The notes beneath the pieces were generated by a model. The model was not told the origin of the DNA and made no database searches. It was given only the letters and a program-made list of their open reading frames with translations. A DNA stretch of 64,000 nucleotides. Origin: Phycisphaeraceae bacterium (GTDB taxonomy: Bacteria; Planctomycetota; Phycisphaerae; Phycisphaerales; Phycisphaeraceae). The position numbers and the translations under genes were made by a program. The DNA is taken from positions 5,088,001 to 5,152,000 of the forward strand of contig OY771506.1 of the NCBI GenBank assembly GCA_963674705.1, given 5' to 3'. Positions within the stretch are counted from its first letter, which is position 1. Each line of letters begins with the position of its first letter. Shown in pieces: positions 58,997 through 64,000 of the stretch.

Positions 58997-59422
58997 ATGA
59001 AGTTCCGTTTCCTGCTGGACCCGCTATTTGTCTTTTGCTTCGTGCTGTACTTCGTCAACAGGCTGCTGTTGAAGCCTTATGTGCCTAATACCTTCTCACA
59101 GAATTACCTGAACGACCTGATCCTGATTCCCTTCTGGCTGCCGATCATGTTGTTTACGATGCGGCTTGTACGTTTGCGTGATACCCGGCCGCCGCGCGTG
59201 CATGAAGTACTGATCCCGCTGGTCCTTTGGTCGGTGTGGTTTGAATTCATTCTGCCGTATACCGCAGCATTCAAAGGCCTGTCCATCGCCGATCCGTACG
59301 ACATCCTTTTCTACGGCCTGGGCGCACTTGCATCTATCTTGTTCTGGAAGCTCTGGTATAAGCGCCTTCACACAACGCAATCATCTGCAAACCGCTTAGC
59401 AAATCAGGCTGCTACCGGCTAG
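58997..59422 (+). CDS. Four-TM membrane protein, VanZ/DUF2809-like
   Basis: YLNDLI, WFEFILP, ADPYDILFYGLG intramembrane acidic motifs. Confidence 0.6.
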   Translation: MKFRFLLDPLFVFCFVLYFVNRLLLKPYVPNTFSQNYLNDLILIPFWLPIMLFTMRLVRLRDTRPPRVHEVLIPLVLWSVWFEFILPYTAAFKGLSIADPYDILFYGLGALASILFWKLWYKRLHTTQSSANRLANQAATG

Positions 59423-59431
59423 AATCCCGGG

Positions 59432-59929
59432 ATGAGCGACCCGCAGTTACCCGTGTACATCATCGAAGCAGACTTCGACAATCCGCGTCACCAGGCGGAC
59501 CTGATCGCGATGCTGGACGATTACGCCCAGGACCCGATGGGCGGCGGCAGGCCGTTAACCGAAGAGGTCAGAGCACGCCTGATCCCGGGCCTCCGGGCAC
59601 ACCCGGCCGCGTATTCTTTTCTTGCCTACAAGGGCGATCCCAACGTCGGCGGCGAAGCGATCGGGCTCGCTAACTGCTTTATGGGTTTCTCCACGTTCGC
59701 AGGCAAACCACTTATCAACATCCACGATATCTCCGTCACGAAGGCCGCACGCAGGATGGGCGTCGGCCGAAAGCTGCTGGACGCTGTGAGAGATAAGGCC
59801 AAATCCCTCGGTTGCTGTTACGTCACACTCGAAGTGCGCGAAGATAACCCGACCGCTCAAAAAGTCTACGCCGACTACGGCTTCCACGATCAGGGCATCC
59901 CGCATCACTTCTGGAAACTGAAAGTGTGA
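59432..59929 (+). CDS. GNAT N-acetyltransferase
   Basis: NIHDISV..ARRMGVGRKLL, LEVREDN..AQKVY..YGF. Confidence 0.92.
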   Translation: MSDPQLPVYIIEADFDNPRHQADLIAMLDDYAQDPMGGGRPLTEEVRARLIPGLRAHPAAYSFLAYKGDPNVGGEAIGLANCFMGFSTFAGKPLINIHDISVTKAARRMGVGRKLLDAVRDKAKSLGCCYVTLEVREDNPTAQKVYADYGFHDQGIPHHFWKLKV

Positions 59930-59933
59930 GGCT

Positions 59934-59977
59934 GGGGATTGGGGATTGGGGATTGGGGATTGGGGATTGGGGATTGG
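59934..59977. repeat. Perfect heptamer tandem repeat (GGGGATT)x6
   Basis: Six exact copies starting 4 nt after the GNAT stop codon. Confidence 0.95.
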
Positions 59978-59997
59978 AAAATTGTATTGCTCTTTGC

Positions 59998-60024
59998 CAA
60001 CGCCGGTCCTGAGCGCAGCGAAGG
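59998..60024. repeat. Family G repeat, copy 2
   Basis: Identical to 19238-19264. Confidence 0.85.
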
Positions 60025-60091
60025 GGCGGGCTGATTAGAGCAGGAGAATGTAGAACAGGTAAACAGTAGACTCTCTCACCTGCTCTGCTCT

Positions 60092-60724
60092 CTACAACTT
60101 CGGCTCTTCCAACGGCACCGGGCAGATATCTTTGCGTTTACATCCCTCACAGCACGCGCCTTCCCACAACGCATTGAACTCCTGAAGCACGCTATCGATC
60201 AATGGTGATGCGTGCGTCCAGATGCCCAGTTCGAAGTTGCGTCGATCCGCTGATTTCGCGCCGAGCCCCGCGCCGGTCAGGTTCGCTGAGCCGAGGTACA
60301 TCGCGCAGGCATCGACGATCACTGTCTTGGCGTGCAGCCTCGGACAGCGACGGATGATTAACGATCCCGGCGCATCCTTCAGCCCTGTAGCCAGCTTCTT
60401 CAACTCTCGCAGCGTCGGACCGCTGGGCACGCCCGCATGCAACAGCCGGACCTCCACCCCTTTCTGTGCCAGTTTGACAAGATGATGCACGATCGACGGT
60501 GCGTTTCTACTCCTGCTTCCGGGGATCGGCACGAGCATCGCCTTGAAGTCGGCGGTCATGATGTCCAGGCTGACTTCAGCCCGCAAGATGCCGTCGATGA
60601 CGACTCGTTGTAAGTGTGCTTCATTAGCAATCAGTTCCGCCTGTCCGAGCGCAGCCACAGCGTTGCCGGAGGCGTGATTGATTGGCAGTTTTTGCCGGGT
60701 GGGTCTGGCCATCCGGCACTTCAT
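60092..60724 (-). CDS. Single-HKD phospholipase-D-family protein
   Basis: HAKTVIVD..YLGSANLT..NFELG; C-terminal CxxC..C. Confidence 0.88.
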   Translation of the reverse strand: MKCRMARPTRQKLPINHASGNAVAALGQAELIANEAHLQRVVIDGILRAEVSLDIMTADFKAMLVPIPGSRSRNAPSIVHHLVKLAQKGVEVRLLHAGVPSGPTLRELKKLATGLKDAPGSLIIRRCPRLHAKTVIVDACAMYLGSANLTGAGLGAKSADRRNFELGIWTHASPLIDSVLQEFNALWEGACCEGCKRKDICPVPLEEPKL

Positions 60725-60732
60725 CGGCTAGA

Positions 60733-61584
60733 TCAGCGCCGCCGCGTCAACATCAACCCGGACAACGCCAGCCATGCCATCACCGCGGGTTCAGGCACGT
60801 AAGACGCGGGCATGCCGCCGGCGTTCCAGTTGTTCAGCACGACGTCCAGATCGTCCAGACCGACAAACCCATCGGGTAGGCCGTCGGGCCCGTTGACATC
60901 CGCCCGATCGTCCGCCGGCGGAACCCACATGTTCCAGTTGTTGAGGATGATGTCCAGATCATCAAGGCCCACAAAACCATCGCCGTTAAGGTCACCGGGG
61001 ATCCCGGCGCCGCTGAGCGGCGCGTAACCGGTCTCGAAGATCGTCAACTGCGAGAATGCACCATCTTCAGCCTCGACGGCCATGTACACGTAGGCCGCGT
61101 ACTCGCTTCCACCGGGGATGTCGAAGATAAGACCGGCGTAGCCTTCGATCTCGAATTCATTGATGCCGGCGGCTGTGTCCCAGATCGATTCGGTATAGGT
61201 AGATGCATATGTGTTACTAAGCTGTTGAGCTTCTATGTAGACGTCATCTGCAAACTCGAACCGGTAGACACCGTACCCGGTCAAGATCTGGTTGTTATAT
61301 TCGCCAACCGTGGCGGGGGTCAGGTGCACAGCCTCCCCGTAACCGCAACCGAGGCAATCCCCGCTGAAAGTAAGGTCGGTGATACCGTCCCCATCAATAT
61401 CGATGTCCACATCACTGGACATGTCATACGCGCCGGCGCCGTTGCCTTCCTGCCATTCCGGGCCTGCGAACGCTCCCTGTGCTTGCGTCGTCGCATTTGT
61501 ACCGACCGCAGCGGCGACCAAGGCCGCAGCCACAAGCCGGCTCTTGTCTTCAAACTCTCTTCGACGATAGTGTTGATGTTTCAT
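60733..61584 (-). CDS. PEP-CTERM protein with dockerin-like module
   Basis: GGGAGAG SD before ATG 61584; dockerin-like x2; YVPEPAVM..TRRR. Confidence 0.85.
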   Translation of the reverse strand: MKHQHYRRREFEDKSRLVAAALVAAAVGTNATTQAQGAFAGPEWQEGNGAGAYDMSSDVDIDIDGDGITDLTFSGDCLGCGYGEAVHLTPATVGEYNNQILTGYGVYRFEFADDVYIEAQQLSNTYASTYTESIWDTAAGINEFEIEGYAGLIFDIPGGSEYAAYVYMAVEAEDGAFSQLTIFETGYAPLSGAGIPGDLNGDGFVGLDDLDIILNNWNMWVPPADDRADVNGPDGLPDGFVGLDDLDVVLNNWNAGGMPASYVPEPAVMAWLALSGLMLTRRR

Positions 61585-61974
61585 CGTATTGTCTCTCCCT
61601 GCTTGAGTAATAACTCGGACTGTGATCCATGAGATTGAATCGTTGATGTGATCGTGGCAAAGGATTCGGGCACAGAAACAATCCCAGCTCACACTGATAT
61701 TGTGTAAGTGCTAGTTACCAGAAGGCATTGCGCCAGACAGGCAAAAGTTGTATGTGCCCAGACATGTCACCCCCCTTTTGCTGAAGTATTCAGGCAAACC
61801 CCCGCCCAACAAATGTTTACCCCTCATCCACCGAGAGCTTTGGGAAACCACTCCCCAAGGATATGACTCGCGGTTATCACGCAGTATTATAATATTTTAC
61901 AGTCTTTTGTATAGGCATTTATACCTAGTCTTTATCATGATGGGCGGTCGCTGGCTCAGGATTGGAGGCAAATC

Positions 61975-63159
61975 ATCTGCAAGGTGTTGCTGACATGGGA
62001 GTTGGGCGGAGGGTTAGGGCATGTCGCTCGCCTGTCACCCATTGCACAGGGCTTGGCCGGGCGCGGTCATGATGTCACCGTAGTACTCTGTCAATCCGAA
62101 CTTGCTGACAGTTGGTTCGCAGACCTTTCTTGCCTGAAAGCCCCCCCGACAAGACCACTACCCAAAACCGAGCATGTCCCGGTCCGAACCTTTGCTGACA
62201 TCCTCGCCAACCTGGGTTGGCAGTCCTTCGATCTGCTGGGCGCGTCCGTATCACGATGGCGGATTATTCTCGAAGAAGCCCAGCCCGACATACTCATCAT
62301 GGATCACAGCCCCACGGCGTTACTCGCCAGCCAAGGGATCAAAACGCGGCGTGTTGTTGTGAGTAACGGCTTTGCGATCCCGCCGGATGCCAGCCCGCTC
62401 CCTGCGTTTGATAAGTTGAACCATGCCAACCCGGCAAGCAGCACCGTCGAATCGCGTGTACTTGATACGGTCAATCGATACTTGCAACAAATAAACCAGC
62501 CCCCCCTGCCCCGACTCGGCTCGTTCTATACGCGGGTAGATGAATCGATGTTAACCGTGCTGCGGGAACTGGATCATTACGGACCTCGCGAAGGCGCTAC
62601 CTACTGGGGCGCATGGCCGGGTAAAGCAGGCAAGCCGTCGCGCTGGCCCAAAGGAAGTGGCCCGAAAGTGCTGGCCTATCTCAAACCGTTCCCCGCGATC
62701 AAGCCGACGCTGCGTATGCTGCAACGCTCGGGGCTGCCCGTGCTCTTGTACCTGTCCGGCGTGAGTGCCGAACAAGCCCAACGGATCAGCACCGATCATA
62801 TGCATGTCGTCAATGAACCACTCGACCTGCATCAGGCGGCCAAGCAAGCAGAACTGACGATCTGTCACGCCGGACCGGGCGCCGTCACGACCGCCTTGTT
62901 AGCCGGCGTGCCGTTGCTGTTAATCCCGTTGCAGCAGGAGCAACTCATGCTCGCGGCCCGCATCACACAACTAGGCGCCGCGCAGATTGCTTCACCGGAT
63001 TCCGCGGACCAGATCAGTCAAGGCCTGCAACGCCTGCTGCTAGAACCCCTTTTTACACACGCGGCCGAGGCATTTGCAAAAACCTATGCCAACTACGATT
63101 CCGATCTGCAGATCAGGCGTGTCGTGGATCGAATTGAAGAAGTGATGATGTTGCAGTGA
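61975..63159 (+). CDS. GT-B fold glycosyltransferase (GT1/GT28-like)
   Basis: LTWELGGGLGHV, ICHAGPG, LLAGVPLLLIPLQQEQ; start ATC 61975 or GTG 61984. Confidence 0.85.
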   Translation: MCKVLLTWELGGGLGHVARLSPIAQGLAGRGHDVTVVLCQSELADSWFADLSCLKAPPTRPLPKTEHVPVRTFADILANLGWQSFDLLGASVSRWRIILEEAQPDILIMDHSPTALLASQGIKTRRVVVSNGFAIPPDASPLPAFDKLNHANPASSTVESRVLDTVNRYLQQINQPPLPRLGSFYTRVDESMLTVLRELDHYGPREGATYWGAWPGKAGKPSRWPKGSGPKVLAYLKPFPAIKPTLRMLQRSGLPVLLYLSGVSAEQAQRISTDHMHVVNEPLDLHQAAKQAELTICHAGPGAVTTALLAGVPLLLIPLQQEQLMLAARITQLGAAQIASPDSADQISQGLQRLLLEPLFTHAAEAFAKTYANYDSDLQIRRVVDRIEEVMMLQ

Positions 63160-63306
63160 GTATGCTGCGCACAGGATGTCGTCGAACAACGCCCCGTTGA
63201 AGGTGCTGATAGCGCATAACGTATCTTGCCGATCGGTTTTGGACAGGCCGCCACATCCTTTGATTACAACGTGAGGACAGACAATACGCTCACAAAGCCG
63301 CGGCTA

Positions 63307-64000
63307 TTACCGGCCGACCGTTGGCCCGGCTTGCCTGAGTTGATACTGAATGTCTTCGCTGCGCCTTCGGCCACTGATTCTCTGGGCTTCGGTTAGTGTG
63401 TTATTGAGTTTTGCGATGATACTGTCCGCCTCTTGCTTGATCTTTTGATCATCGAGGCCGATCGCCAGCAGCCACGCGTAGGCGGTCTCGGGATCATATT
63501 CGGGGCCGTCCGCCAGGCTCATGATCCTAGCCATGCCAAGCTGCGCCTCCACATTCCCTTTTTCAGCGGCGAGGCGGTACCAGCGCAGGGCTTCTGCCAG
63601 ATCGGCTTCCACGCCTTCGCCTTTTTCATAAAAGCCGCCCATCCGGAATTGCGCCTTCGTATGGCCGTGATCCGCAGACTCTCTAAACCAATGTATCGCC
63701 TGCTCCATGTCCTTCTCGATTCCCGAACCAACACGGTAGCAACCGCCCAGGCTGTATTGCGCCTGGGTGTGGCCCTGATTGGCCGAAAGCTTCAACCATG
63801 TGACCGCTTTCGCTTCATCGCGCGGCACGCCCAATCCAAAACCGAGCATCTGTCCGTAAAAGTACTGTCCATCCGCGTTGCCTTGCATGGCGGCGGCAAA
63901 GTAATACTGGACCGCCTTCTTGTGGTCTCGGTCCACGCCGGTGCCGCTGTAATACATATAGGCAATTCTCAATTGCCCCGCGATGTTTCCCTGCTTGGCA
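63307..64000 (-). CDS. Sel1-like repeat protein (5' end outside the window)
   Basis: Repeated A.QG...AQY.LG..Y..G.GV.KD; frame open to the window edge. Confidence 0.9.
   Translation of the reverse strand, partial: AKQGNIAGQLRIAYMYYSGTGVDRDHKKAVQYYFAAAMQGNADGQYFYGQMLGFGLGVPRDEAKAVTWLKLSANQGHTQAQYSLGGCYRVGSGIEKDMEQAIHWFRESADHGHTKAQFRMGGFYEKGEGVEADLAEALRWYRLAAEKGNVEAQLGMARIMSLADGPEYDPETAYAWLLAIGLDDQKIKQEADSIIAKLNNTLTEAQRISGRRRSEDIQYQLRQAGPTVGR

Overview
A gene-dense, mostly GC-rich bacterial chromosomal segment. It is most likely from a planctomycete of the Phycisphaerae type; this is inferred from a LEPR-xLL protein, many PEP-CTERM proteins carrying a paired GDLNGDGFVGLDDLD dockerin-like module, and a secreted squalene-cyclase-repeat protein. 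Recognisable housekeeping genes are cdsA, infC, argC, hsp20, tpx, cysK, trpA, ppk2, lptF/lptG, a KdgK-like kinase, a LarA-family protein, an SRAP protein and a K+ channel. I found no rRNA, tRNA, CRISPR array, integrase, transposase or reverse transcriptase. The main unexplained structures are: (1) about nine families of short intergenic palindromes/repeats, including a 500-bp nested 'Russian-doll' inverted-repeat array at 16.7-17.2 kb and 55-bp direct repeats bracketing a small-protein/nucleotidyltransferase pair; (2) a 15-kb tandem array of four large mosaic dockerin-like/PEP-CTERM surface proteins, plus a separate protein with three Pro-linked cohesin-like repeats (a possible scaffoldin); (3) translation-initiation oddities, namely three probable ATC starts and at least six apparent leaderless genes; (4) an operon of two GspG-domain membrane paralogues ending in SGH plus a VanZ-like membrane protein. 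All family calls come from motif recognition by eye; no database search was run.
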